From a virus (Duplodnaviria; Caudoviricetes): a DNA stretch of 32,391 nucleotides. The translations under genes and the position numbers were made by a program. Below, one piece after another: positions 17,712 through 26,084 of the stretch. Location of the stretch: positions 1 to 32,391 of IMG/VR virus record IMGVR_UViG_3300017747_001195; one strand, written 5' to 3'. Positions within the stretch are counted from its first letter, which is position 1, and every line of letters starts with the position of its first letter. Under the pieces are notes generated by a model. It was not told the DNA's origin and searched no databases. It saw only the letters and a program-made list of their open reading frames with translations.

Positions 17712-18752
17712 TTAGTTAAACAGGTCTTTAAGTGGTTTGATAGCACGTGGTGCAATCATCTCTGCCTCATCGAGGTGGTCGGCATGGATCGATAGCCACT
17801 CACTGCGTCGATCTGGGCCCAGCTCAGAGACGATCTCATAGGCTGCGTATGCCCACGTCTCCCAGTCTACAACACCGTCAGCATCCTCCGTTGGGTGCAG
17901 CTCCTCGATAGTATCTTCCACGACTGGCTCTGGCTTGGGCTTACGGGCAACCTTCGCCTCGAGTGTGTTGATCTGCTTCTCGGCTGGGGCTGTGTTCACC
18001 TCTGTGATGTCAGCGACAGTGTCGTCAAAGGCGTCGGCTTCAACGATACCATCAGCCTCATTGTCAGCCTGCACTGCACGCATCGCCTCAGTGGACAGCG
18101 GCATGTACTTGCTGGCCCGACGCACCACAGTCTTGCGCCACATCTCTGCCTCGTCCGTCTTCCAAGGTCCGACGATGTTACCGTCCTTGGTCTTGGCAGA
18201 AGAACGATCACGGATAGCAAGGATCTGTTCCTTGTTCATGATCTCGAACTGGGTCTCGCCGTTCTTTAGCTTCCACACGCAGTACGCACCGACCATGTCG
18301 CCACGATTGGCAAGCCCGTGCTTGTGGATGATGCGCGGCTCGATGCCTTCCTCGACCTCGAACGTATCGTTGGCGTGGACCAGACGGCTCTCGATCTTCA
18401 GAACCTCACCGGCCTGCAGGGCAAGCTTCATCAGTCCCTTATAGCGGGGACGGAACTGCGCTTCGTTGCGCTTGGTCTTGCCGTTCCAGACCTTGAGGAT
18501 GTCAGCCTCGGCCATGTTCTTGTTGAGGGACAGGCCCAGCTCAGCTGCGCTCAGACACGCCTTGAGCAGGGATGAGCGGTCACATTCGAGCAGGTCCATG
18601 TTGTCTGCGACAGCGGCCACGACGACAGCTTGGAACTTATCCACGCCCATAGTCGATGGCAGTAGCTTACGCAGGTGGTCCTCACGAACCGAAAGCTCCT
18701 GCTTAAAGCGATCCATCGGCTTGACTGGAGCGATGGCGTTATCGGTTTGCAT
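17712..18752 (-). CDS. recT: RecT-family single-strand annealing protein
   Basis: 'LLECDRSSLLKACLSAAELGL', 'AQFRPRYKGLMKLA', 'GPWKTDEAEMWRKTVVRRASKYMPLS'; start at ATG 18752 after GAGG. Confidence 0.9.
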   Translation of the reverse strand: MQTDNAIAPVKPMDRFKQELSVREDHLRKLLPSTMGVDKFQAVVVAAVADNMDLLECDRSSLLKACLSAAELGLSLNKNMAEADILKVWNGKTKRNEAQFRPRYKGLMKLALQAGEVLKIESRLVHANDTFEVEEGIEPRIIHKHGLANRGDMVGAYCVWKLKNGETQFEIMNKEQILAIRDRSSAKTKDGNIVGPWKTDEAEMWRKTVVRRASKYMPLSTEAMRAVQADNEADGIVEADAFDDTVADITEVNTAPAEKQINTLEAKVARKPKPEPVVEDTIEELHPTEDADGVVDWETWAYAAYEIVSELGPDRRSEWLSIHADHLDEAEMIAPRAIKPLKDLFN

Positions 18753-18900
18753 TTCTAATTTCCTCTTCGAGATCTTCAATCATCAGTTCGACGGCGCGCT
18801 CGACAGCTGAGCGGATGCTCGGCTTCAACGGGTGCCGACTGATTACTTCTTTCATGCGAGCAAGAAGCTCGCGGTCCACTCTGATCATTGCGTCATTCAT
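18739..18900 (-). CDS. 53-aa ribbon-helix-helix-like DNA-binding protein; not in ORF track
   Basis: MNDAMIRVDRELLARMKEVISRHPLKPSIRSAVERAVELMIEDLEEEIRNANR*; TAATG overlap with the exonuclease stop; fills the gap to recT. Confidence 0.7.
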   Translation of the reverse strand: MNDAMIRVDRELLARMKEVISRHPLKPSIRSAVERAVELMIEDLEEEIRNANR

Positions 18901-19835
18901 TAGCTGATACTCACTCGGGTATAACCTGACCGCTTACCGGTAAGGGTGCCGACCATTTCTTGTGTGATAACCTTGCCGGGATTGTCGGCGACGGTGCTGA
19001 TCGACATCTTATGCTCACCGCACTTAACGACAGCCTTGTCCTGAGATGTGTTCATGCGCTCGAGCTTCTCCCGAACCTTGACTAGGATCATGGCCTTGGC
19101 CTCATCAGCGCGGGCGCTGGCCGCCTTCTCGTCTTCCTTGGCAGTCTTATAGTCCAAGAAGAGCAGGGCATCGCCCTCATCCAGCATAACCTCGCTCTTG
19201 GGCAGCGTGCCCATCAGCTTGGTCAGGGCCTCCACGTCCTTCTCGAAGTCCACCTCAGGCTCTTCACCCTTGGCGATGCTGTCCCAGAACGCAGTAATCT
19301 CAGCCTTGATGGCGTCGATGATGTTATCATTGCGTGGGATCTTCATGCGGCGTGGCTCGTCATCGATCAGTGCAACCAGCCATGCGTGGTCAGACGATGT
19401 GCAAGCAAGCTGATGCTGCACCTGAAGGATGTAATTCTCAGGGGCTTGGGTGATCTCATCGCCGGTATACTGCCAGCCGTGACCGCGAGCAGACCACTTG
19501 ATCTCCACTGGCGCGCCGTCTGCTGTGATGTAATCGAACGAAGCGCCCATGCCCGGGCAATCATCGACTGTGAAATAGTCGTTGACCTTAGAGACATCCA
19601 TCGACCAGCGATGCGCCGCCCAGTTGGCGATGCCGCTCTCGAGGAACGTGCCTGCCTGCACAGCTTTGTTGTCCGACAGATCTTCAGGGGCGATCTTGCC
19701 CGTCTTCTCCATCCACAATTGCCAGCGGGACGTGAAGGGCGACAGCCCGAACAGGGCGGCCACGTCACTTCCGCCGATGTGTTTGGCACGCAGCTCGTGC
19801 CAGTGCGCTTCGTCACGCACAGAAATAATTGCCAT
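18900..19835 (-). CDS. YqaJ / lambda-exonuclease-family recombination nuclease
   Basis: 'WHELRAKHIGGSDVAALFGLSPF…LWMEKTG', 'G..LE..IA', 'GASFD', 'VEIK', 'YILQVQHQL'. Confidence 0.9.
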   Translation of the reverse strand: MAIISVRDEAHWHELRAKHIGGSDVAALFGLSPFTSRWQLWMEKTGKIAPEDLSDNKAVQAGTFLESGIANWAAHRWSMDVSKVNDYFTVDDCPGMGASFDYITADGAPVEIKWSARGHGWQYTGDEITQAPENYILQVQHQLACTSSDHAWLVALIDDEPRRMKIPRNDNIIDAIKAEITAFWDSIAKGEEPEVDFEKDVEALTKLMGTLPKSEVMLDEGDALLFLDYKTAKEDEKAASARADEAKAMILVKVREKLERMNTSQDKAVVKCGEHKMSISTVADNPGKVITQEMVGTLTGKRSGYTRVSIS

Positions 19836-19863
19836 GTTATATGTCTCCGGTCTTTATGCTTTG

Positions 19864-20043
19864 TTATTTTTTATATGTAACGACGATCTCTTCCTCAAAC
19901 GGGGTGGGCTTGTATGCCTCATCTCCACCGTGCGCTACTGTATAGCCGTGCAGCTCAAGTTCGTCCGCAATGATTTTCAAAAGAGTGGTTTTGCCAGAGC
20001 CGGCTGTCCCAGCGACTGAAATCTTTAAAGCTTCCATGTCCAT
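19864..20043 (-). CDS. 59-aa Walker-A (P-loop) mini-protein; not in ORF track
   Basis: TAAGGAGA RBS; MDMEALKISVAGTAGSGKTTLLKIIADELELHGYTVAHGGDEAYKPTPFEEEIVVTYKK*; GxxGxGKT after a hydrophobic strand. Confidence 0.75.
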   Translation of the reverse strand: MDMEALKISVAGTAGSGKTTLLKIIADELELHGYTVAHGGDEAYKPTPFEEEIVVTYKK

Positions 20044-20060
20044 TGTATCTCCTTATGTCC

Positions 20061-20116
20061 TGCCGTGTCACTTAACGACAGCATTATGTATACAGCTTGT
20101 CACAATTGAATGTCAA
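20061..20116 (-). promoter_or_regulatory. Putative sigma70 promoter of the recombination operon plus TGCTGT-N11-ACGGCA element
   Basis: TTGACA (20116-20111), 18-nt spacer, TATACA (20092-20087); element at 20061-20083. Confidence 0.6.
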
Positions 20117-20423
20117 GCCCACGAAAAACATCCTCCACTGAGCGCGCAAGAATGTAGATTCCTCCCCGCTTTTCCCACGCATTCTGCCATGCAACCTGCG
20201 CGGTTCTCTGCTTTCCCTTCTCGGTCTTCACCTCAATGGCGAAGGCGCGACCCGGTTTAATTACACCAAGCAGGTCAGGTGTCCCCTCTGGTGCCGACTG
20301 GATAACGCGCGGCCCACCATCCAGCGGACGGAACTTGCCCACGTTAATACGGAACAGCATGATGTCATCCCGCTGGCCCAGAGCTAGACGAATGTTCTGC
20401 TGGATCGCCGCTTCGCTACTCAC
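20100..20423 (-). CDS. VRR-NUC domain nuclease (putative Holliday junction resolvase)
   Basis: 'SEAAIQQNI', 'GTPDLLG', 'AIEVKTEKGKQRTAQVAWQ', 'GGIYILARSVEDV'. Confidence 0.88.
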   Translation of the reverse strand: MSSEAAIQQNIRLALGQRDDIMLFRINVGKFRPLDGGPRVIQSAPEGTPDLLGVIKPGRAFAIEVKTEKGKQRTAQVAWQNAWEKRGGIYILARSVEDVFRGLDIQL

Positions 20424-20650
20424 TGCATCGTCTCCCCGTGTATGTTCTCCATCGACTCGCCGATGAAGTCCAATGCCAGCTTAACTGCGCTCATGCCGAT
20501 GAGAGCGTTGAACTCTTCGCCTTTATCTCGCTGTTCCTTTTCCCAATCCATCATGGTTATACTGATGGCGCTGACCACTCGCTTAACCAGCTCGGTCGGA
20601 ACACTCACCTCGACATAGTCGCCTGCGTCTTCCCAATCGTCGCGTTCCAT
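20420..20650 (-). CDS. Hypothetical protein (76 aa, acidic)
   Basis: Purine-rich RBS; its stop overlaps the VRR-NUC start (GTGA). Confidence 0.65.
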   Translation of the reverse strand: MERDDWEDAGDYVEVSVPTELVKRVVSAISITMMDWEKEQRDKGEEFNALIGMSAVKLALDFIGESMENIHGETMQ

Positions 20651-22095
20651 ATCTTAGATCTCTCCTCTACCGTTAGGCCGTTCGTCGTTACGCTACCGTT
20701 AGCAGATCGTATCTTAGCCAGACGTGCTGACTCTTGGCCACAGATAACATTGAACGCCCACTTATCGGGGTGTGCATACCCCCTGCTCCTTCCGATACCA
20801 CGCAACACCTGAAAGCGGCGGCTCAGATCGACCACCTGAGATGCACGCTGAGCATCCTCTGGGCGGCTGATCTGGACAAGCTCGCCATCACGCTGCTCGA
20901 TCTTGCGAGACTTAATCTTATAGACATGCCCGCACTTAGGGCAGGCGGGCGATGGCCTGTGCATTGCGAAACATGCAGGGCATGTACGCACGACGGCCAC
21001 TACCTCACCACCCTTACTCTTGCGCGCCTTGTCTGCAGTCAGCTGCCAGTCACGGTACTCATCGATGAACCCATGCATTGCTGTGTTGCCGCAGTGATCG
21101 AGCACGATTGTCTTTTCCTTGCCCGGGCTAGGGCGGATCGCACGCCCCACCTGCTGGAGATACATGGACAAGCTCTTGGTCGGACGCAGCAGGATAGCAA
21201 CCTCGATGGCCGGCAGATCAAAGCCTTCGCTGATCAGGTCGCAGCTGGTCAGGACTTGGATCTCTCCGCGCCCAAACTTATCCAGCACAGAGTCCCTCTC
21301 CTTGTCATCCATCGCGCCGTCTACATGGCTGGCTGAATACCCTGCCAGTCTGAAGTCCTCGGCCACATCCTTAGCGTGCTTCACGCTGACGCAGAACGCC
21401 ACCGCCCTACGCCCATCTGCTAACTTGCTATAGTGGGACACCGCACTGCCCGTGATGGACGGCCTGTCCATCGTCTCTTCCAAGTCCTTCGTGACGTAGT
21501 CACCCATGCGAGTGCGCGCCTTGCTCAGGTCTGGCTTGCTTGGTGCATACACCTCAGCCGGTGACAGATACCCCTGCTCGGTCAGCTCAGCCACCGTAGG
21601 GCCCATAACCATGTCATCGAATAGGAGACCCAGCCCCTTGCCATCAAGGCGCTCAGGCGTGGCTGTGACGCCCAATACGCGGGCATTGGGGAATGCCTTC
21701 ACCACCTTGCCCCATGTGGAGTCAGGCGTGAAGTGATGAGCCTCATCTCCGATGATCAGATCAGGGGCAGGAAACTTAGCCAGTCGCCGGGCAAGCGTGA
21801 AAACGGATGCGACCACGACATTGGATCGTGGCAGTCCCATTGTCCCTGCTGCGAGGATCGAATGCTTGACCCCGACACCCTTCAAGGCACCGCTGATCTG
21901 CTTCAGCAGCTCACGCCTGTGTGCGATGATGACGATACGCTTGTTGTTGCGCGCCATGCCCGCTGAGATGTAGCTGAACATCAGTGTCTTACCACTACCT
22001 GTTGGGCTAACCAGAAGCGTGCGCCGGTGCCCTGTGCGAAAGCTATCGCGCACAGCCTCGATGGCACGCTCCTGATAATCCCTAAGCTGAACCAC
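20605..22095 (-). CDS. SF2 DEAH-box helicase (RadD/YejH-like) with C-terminal zinc ribbon
   Basis: LRDYQ, SPTGSGKT, DEAHH, TATPER, EGFDLP, QQVGRAIR, CPAC…CPKC; GTG start at 22095 after GAAAGG (track start 22119). Confidence 0.9.
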   Translation of the reverse strand: MVQLRDYQERAIEAVRDSFRTGHRRTLLVSPTGSGKTLMFSYISAGMARNNKRIVIIAHRRELLKQISGALKGVGVKHSILAAGTMGLPRSNVVVASVFTLARRLAKFPAPDLIIGDEAHHFTPDSTWGKVVKAFPNARVLGVTATPERLDGKGLGLLFDDMVMGPTVAELTEQGYLSPAEVYAPSKPDLSKARTRMGDYVTKDLEETMDRPSITGSAVSHYSKLADGRRAVAFCVSVKHAKDVAEDFRLAGYSASHVDGAMDDKERDSVLDKFGRGEIQVLTSCDLISEGFDLPAIEVAILLRPTKSLSMYLQQVGRAIRPSPGKEKTIVLDHCGNTAMHGFIDEYRDWQLTADKARKSKGGEVVAVVRTCPACFAMHRPSPACPKCGHVYKIKSRKIEQRDGELVQISRPEDAQRASQVVDLSRRFQVLRGIGRSRGYAHPDKWAFNVICGQESARLAKIRSANGSVTTNGLTVEERSKIWNATIGKTQATMSR

Positions 22096-22231
22096 GGGTG
22101 TAACCTTTCGACCGTGCATTCGCCAGCTTTCCCACTGTGACTGGTTCTATTTTGTATTTGGCAGCCAGATCGATGACGGCCTGCCAGATTTCATCCGCCT
22201 CCCTCGGGGTGATCGCTTTGCCTTTACTCAT
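22082..22231 (-). CDS. 49-aa putative HTH protein; not in ORF track
   Basis: MSKGKAITPREADEIWQAVIDLAAKYKIEPVTVGKLANARSKGYTRGSA*; ATGA overlap upstream; overlaps the helicase start. Confidence 0.6.
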   Translation of the reverse strand: MSKGKAITPREADEIWQAVIDLAAKYKIEPVTVGKLANARSKGYTRGSA

Positions 22232-22419
22232 GAGATCCACTTACGCTTTCTTAGTTCACGTTCGATCAGCTTCTCGGCTTCAAGTATATCAACGCCATAG
22301 GCCCTGATCAGATCGGTAGCCTTCGCTTCCTTGAGGCGAGCGTCAGTCCACTGCCCCACCATGATCTCAGCCATCGAAAAATTATGGCTAGGCCCCATTC
22401 GCTTCTTAGATTTAACCAT
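22228..22419 (-). CDS. Hypothetical protein (63 aa)
   Basis: AAAGGA RBS; overlaps the primase-helicase stop and couples to the next ORF. Confidence 0.65.
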   Translation of the reverse strand: MVKSKKRMGPSHNFSMAEIMVGQWTDARLKEAKATDLIRAYGVDILEAEKLIERELRKRKWIS

Positions 22420-24838
22420 TGTCTGATGTCCTTTCGATGATCGGCCACTCGGTAATCGGCAGATAGATTGCTCGACTCACGCCGCCTCTGAAGCGCAGTG
22501 AATTGTCGCCTGCCTTACATGCCGGGTTGCGCTTAAGAACCTGCTGCCATCCGTTGGCGTAGTTTGAAGACAGCATAACTTTCTTCAGTGACTCGACGTT
22601 AGTCCCGATCCAGATGCCGAGCTTGCTGTCATCAATCTTCAGGCCGTAACGTGACAGAGTTTCAATTGCCTTGACCGGGTACATGTCTGGATCAGGTTGC
22701 GGATGGAGAAGATTATAAATGATCTCACCAATCGCTCGATCCTGTAAACCGTTGCGTGTCTCCACCCTTTGAAGGATGTAACCACAAATGTGGTGAAGCA
22801 GGGCAAGGTCTTCACGCACGGTCTTAACCGACGTGAACTCTGTCCAGTCATACGCCTCCAGATATTTCTCGCACGCCTTGCGGGTGATCACGTTGCGTGA
22901 GCTGAGACTGTATGCCCCAGCCAACAACGTGCCCAGCTGGTCACCGACCCGTCGGTTGGCCATAGATGTGGCGATGATTTCCTTGAACGTCTCGATGTTC
23001 TTTCTCAGCGCCCAGATATTATTCATCTGCCGGGACAGCAGGCGCTGCGGCATGTCGGGTCTGATGTTGTCGATGCAGTTCTGAATCTTCTTAAAGTTTT
23101 CCTCATTCTCTTTCATCTCAGTCAGGCTGAAAGAATCTGTCGGCTTAAGCGTGAGCACAGCTGTTCGTGTAAGGTCAGCGGCTTCGGTCAGGCCAACGCC
23201 AATCGACGACAGCAAGAACGAAGAGCGAATCGTGAAAGCTTTACCCTCATGGTTAGCGCCACCCTTTAAGATCGAGCCGCGCGTATCCGATGACGACTGA
23301 CGCATGAGCTGGATGATCGCATGTCTGCGTGCGTCGTTGTGCTTGTCATCCTCCACCTCATCAAAGATGATGGGCCGCGCATCGCTATCGATAGCCTGAC
23401 GCAAGCCAGCCTCTGTCGTTGCGCCCAGACCATAGACCGCAATCTTCCCGAACATCGCACCGATTAGCTTGTCTACCACCAGAGATTTACCCGAGCCTTG
23501 GTTGCCCGTGACCCATGCGTGCGTGCGCCAAGGCAGTGCGCCGCACACGATAGCGGTTGCTACCCACCCAGCCAGCAGGTCTGCGTGGACAGGGGATTGC
23601 CAGCGCAAAAGCTTCAGTGCCTCACGGATCTCCAGCCCTTCCTCATCTGTGGCTTGTGTCATGTAATCGACCGACTCGTCCTCAGATTTAAGCAACGGCC
23701 TGCTGCTCAGGTAATACCAGCGAGACTTGAGCCGCGCGAAGGGAACGCTTCGTGTCTGCTGGTTCTCACGGGTGACCAATAGATTGTCACCGCTGTGCAG
23801 GATGACCCGGTCAACCCCCTTGGAATCCTTGTCGATCCACACACCACGTCCGCGAATGCGTTCAGGATCATAGACCCCGGCATCGATGCAGCTATCCATA
23901 ACCTTCGCACCAATGTCGACCCAGTTCACCTTGCCCTTGGTGACATCCATCACCTCGCGCCAATAGTCTTCGCTGCTCACAACCTCCTTGATCCCAGTCT
24001 CTGACATCAGGCGCACAGCTGTCGCCTTGTAGATCTGCTGCGCCTTCTCGTTCATGTAGTAATAGATCTGATTGTCGTACCCAATCGGACGCCACTTGCG
24101 ATTACCCGCAACGTCAGGATCACTGCCCTCGATATCAATCTTAGGTTCGCCCTCTGGCCCCGGCTTTACCAGCTCTTGAATGATATCCGCATCACGCAAG
24201 CCACGCTTCAGCAGCTGCGTGATCATCGTCTTCGTTACCTTGGGAGGTAGATCGTCAGCCAAGTCCCAGCCATCAGGGAACGACGGCGGCACGCTGATCA
24301 GTCCCGATGGCACGCTCTTGCTAGATAGGATCTTACGGATCAGGTCGCCGGCCATCATGCCCGGGCTGTCATTGTCCGGCCAGATCACACACTTATGATC
24401 GGCCAGCGCAGCCCAATCAGCCTTCTCGACAGCGTTCGCACCACCCTGCCACGTCGTTACGACCCAGCCGTCAGGCACATAACCCTGCGCTGCAATCGCA
24501 GCCTTCTCCCCCTCGACGATAAGCACCGGGGCGATGGGCGATGCTGCCAGTATGTCTGTGTTGTAGAGCGGGCGGTTGTCACCGAACCCTGATGTCACAT
24601 GCTCCTTGCCGTTCCATACGATGGGCCTGATCTGCTTGCGCTGACCATCTGGATTCCAGCGGGCAACGGCACCGAACGCAGATCCATCAGCCATGCGGTA
24701 AATCCAGATAGCTTCCGGATCGCCGAGCTGACTGTGCAATCCCTTCGGGATAACGACAGGCTCAGGCATGGGCGTGACGATTGTTTCTGTCTTGGTTACG
24801 TCGATTGCCTCGACCTTGGTGAGGTCAATCTTATTCAT
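22412..24838 (-). CDS. Primase-helicase: TOPRIM domain plus P-loop NTPase
   Basis: 'PVLIVEGEKAA', 'WQGGANAVEKADW', 'IWPDNDSPG', 'GWDLAD'; Walker A GNQGSGKS, Walker B IIFDE. Confidence 0.85.
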   Translation of the reverse strand: MNKIDLTKVEAIDVTKTETIVTPMPEPVVIPKGLHSQLGDPEAIWIYRMADGSAFGAVARWNPDGQRKQIRPIVWNGKEHVTSGFGDNRPLYNTDILAASPIAPVLIVEGEKAAIAAQGYVPDGWVVTTWQGGANAVEKADWAALADHKCVIWPDNDSPGMMAGDLIRKILSSKSVPSGLISVPPSFPDGWDLADDLPPKVTKTMITQLLKRGLRDADIIQELVKPGPEGEPKIDIEGSDPDVAGNRKWRPIGYDNQIYYYMNEKAQQIYKATAVRLMSETGIKEVVSSEDYWREVMDVTKGKVNWVDIGAKVMDSCIDAGVYDPERIRGRGVWIDKDSKGVDRVILHSGDNLLVTRENQQTRSVPFARLKSRWYYLSSRPLLKSEDESVDYMTQATDEEGLEIREALKLLRWQSPVHADLLAGWVATAIVCGALPWRTHAWVTGNQGSGKSLVVDKLIGAMFGKIAVYGLGATTEAGLRQAIDSDARPIIFDEVEDDKHNDARRHAIIQLMRQSSSDTRGSILKGGANHEGKAFTIRSSFLLSSIGVGLTEAADLTRTAVLTLKPTDSFSLTEMKENEENFKKIQNCIDNIRPDMPQRLLSRQMNNIWALRKNIETFKEIIATSMANRRVGDQLGTLLAGAYSLSSRNVITRKACEKYLEAYDWTEFTSVKTVREDLALLHHICGYILQRVETRNGLQDRAIGEIIYNLLHPQPDPDMYPVKAIETLSRYGLKIDDSKLGIWIGTNVESLKKVMLSSNYANGWQQVLKRNPACKAGDNSLRFRGGVSRAIYLPITEWPIIERTSDNG

Positions 24839-25223
24839 GATCCATCCCCAACATCTCAGCGAATCCTTTGATTGTTTCAGCGAGAGACCCGCCGAATAAC
24901 TTCATCGATAGATCAAGCATGTCGCCCTTCTCGAGCGTGGTGAAATCCTGCCAGCGCCCTGTCGATAGCGACACACCCAATGACGGGTTGCGATCCTCAC
25001 GCCAAGGCGTGCACGCAAGCCACCATCCTCCCTGCTTCTTTCCATTCGGCAACCAAGCACGGCACAGCACCTCGATGTGGGATGCGTGCAAACGATCCTT
25101 GATATCCTGAATGGAAATTGACCGGGAGTGTGACGGTCGTCGAGGGCGCGGAAAGGTGTCGCTGCCTGTCGAGACTCCGTGGTTTTTAGGCGAGCCTTGG
25201 ACATCGCCACGGTTCCCGGTCAT
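24831..25223 (-). CDS. Stand-alone primase N-terminal (degenerate zinc-binding-like) domain
   Basis: 'LCRAWLPNGKKQGGWWLAC…DRNPSLGVSLSTGRWQDFTTLEKGDMLDL' resembles the N-terminus of phage primases; exact start uncertain. Confidence 0.7.
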   Translation of the reverse strand: MTGNRGDVQGSPKNHGVSTGSDTFPRPRRPSHSRSISIQDIKDRLHASHIEVLCRAWLPNGKKQGGWWLACTPWREDRNPSLGVSLSTGRWQDFTTLEKGDMLDLSMKLFGGSLAETIKGFAEMLGMDHE

Positions 25224-25270
25224 GCTGTTTTACCCCAGCAAAAAGGCACGGTCAAATTTCTGAACATCAT
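25220..25270 (-). CDS. Possible 16-aa leader peptide MMFRNLTVPFCWGKTA
   Basis: GAGAGAGG RBS; its TGA overlaps the next ATG (ATGA). Confidence 0.35.
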   Translation of the reverse strand: MMFRNLTVPFCWGKTA

Positions 25271-25286
25271 GCACCTCTCTCATCTA

Positions 25287-25338
25287 CTGCCGTCACAGCA
25301 GGGTGTTGATCATGGGCCGACGAATCAGCCTCTGTCAA
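25287..25338 (-). promoter_or_regulatory. Putative promoter of the replication operon plus CTGCTGTGACGGCAG element
   Basis: TTGACA (25338-25333), 18 nt, CATGAT; element at 25287-25301. Confidence 0.6.
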
Positions 25339-25357
25339 CAGGGGGGAAAAAGATTTC

Positions 25358-25768
25358 TCAGATCAAAGTGAACTGCGAAATGGCGATATGGACGACGCTC
25401 TCAATATCTTGTGCGTCGCCTCTGTCAGTACGCCCACCAGTAGATATTTGATGGGGGCAAGGAATTTTTACATAGCCTGTCGTGTCAGCCCATGAAACCA
25501 ACAGGATCGGAGTCAGTCCGTAATGCTCCCATGAGGCGAGCCCAGCATACTTATGCTGAGACAGCATGTAAGTATCGTATGCTAACCTATTGTTAGTGCG
25601 ACACTTTATTTCCACCACAGCCTTAGCCATCCGGTTACGCACCATGATGAAGTCTGCATGAGCCTCGATGGGTAGCTTGACCGGGACCGAATCAGTCAGC
25701 GCGCCGAAGCGCCGAGCCAGATCCATTTCCCGGTCTAAGTCTTCCTTGGTTTCATACAGCGGACGCAT
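25358..25768 (-). CDS. PD-(D/E)XK-fold nuclease-like protein
   Basis: 'E…HADFIMV…VVEIKCR' catalytic-type motif; TGATG coupling. Confidence 0.65.
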   Translation of the reverse strand: MRPLYETKEDLDREMDLARRFGALTDSVPVKLPIEAHADFIMVRNRMAKAVVEIKCRTNNRLAYDTYMLSQHKYAGLASWEHYGLTPILLVSWADTTGYVKIPCPHQISTGGRTDRGDAQDIESVVHIAISQFTLI

Positions 25769-25953
25769 CAGTCCCGCTTGAGTGTACGCATGGACTTCAC
25801 GAACCGCCCCGTCTTGGGGTCACGGTCCACGAGCGTGTTGTATTCTTCCTGCAGTTCCTCAAGCTTGCGCTTCATGCCGGCGCTGCCAACCATGAAACCA
25901 ATCACGCCACCCGATACAAACAGGGCCATCCCTGAAATAATAACATCAATCAT
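25768..25953 (-). CDS. Small membrane-anchored protein (61 aa)
   Basis: N-terminal hydrophobic helix, short coiled coil, C-terminal RDPKTGRF; GGAGG RBS. Confidence 0.7.
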   Translation of the reverse strand: MIDVIISGMALFVSGGVIGFMVGSAGMKRKLEELQEEYNTLVDRDPKTGRFVKSMRTLKRD

Positions 25954-26084
25954 TTCATACCCTCCAGAAATAGGCGCAGTTCTACAGGCATCTCAGGGTG
26001 CGCCTCCTTGCCCCGAGCTGGTAGGAATTTCTTGAGATAGCTGGCGGGGATCTTGTTGCCGCCGTGCCAAGGGGGCTTAGTCAT
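25950..26084 (-). CDS. 44-aa hypothetical protein; not in ORF track
   Basis: MTKPPWHGGNKIPASYLKKFLPARGKEAHPEMPVELRLFLEGMK*; ATGA overlaps at both ends. Confidence 0.65.
   Translation of the reverse strand: MTKPPWHGGNKIPASYLKKFLPARGKEAHPEMPVELRLFLEGMK

Noticed and set aside
24902-25210. Alternative-frame 102-aa ORF overlapping the primase N-domain gene
   Set aside because: The primase-like motifs are in the 24831-25223 frame; no frameshift signal is evident
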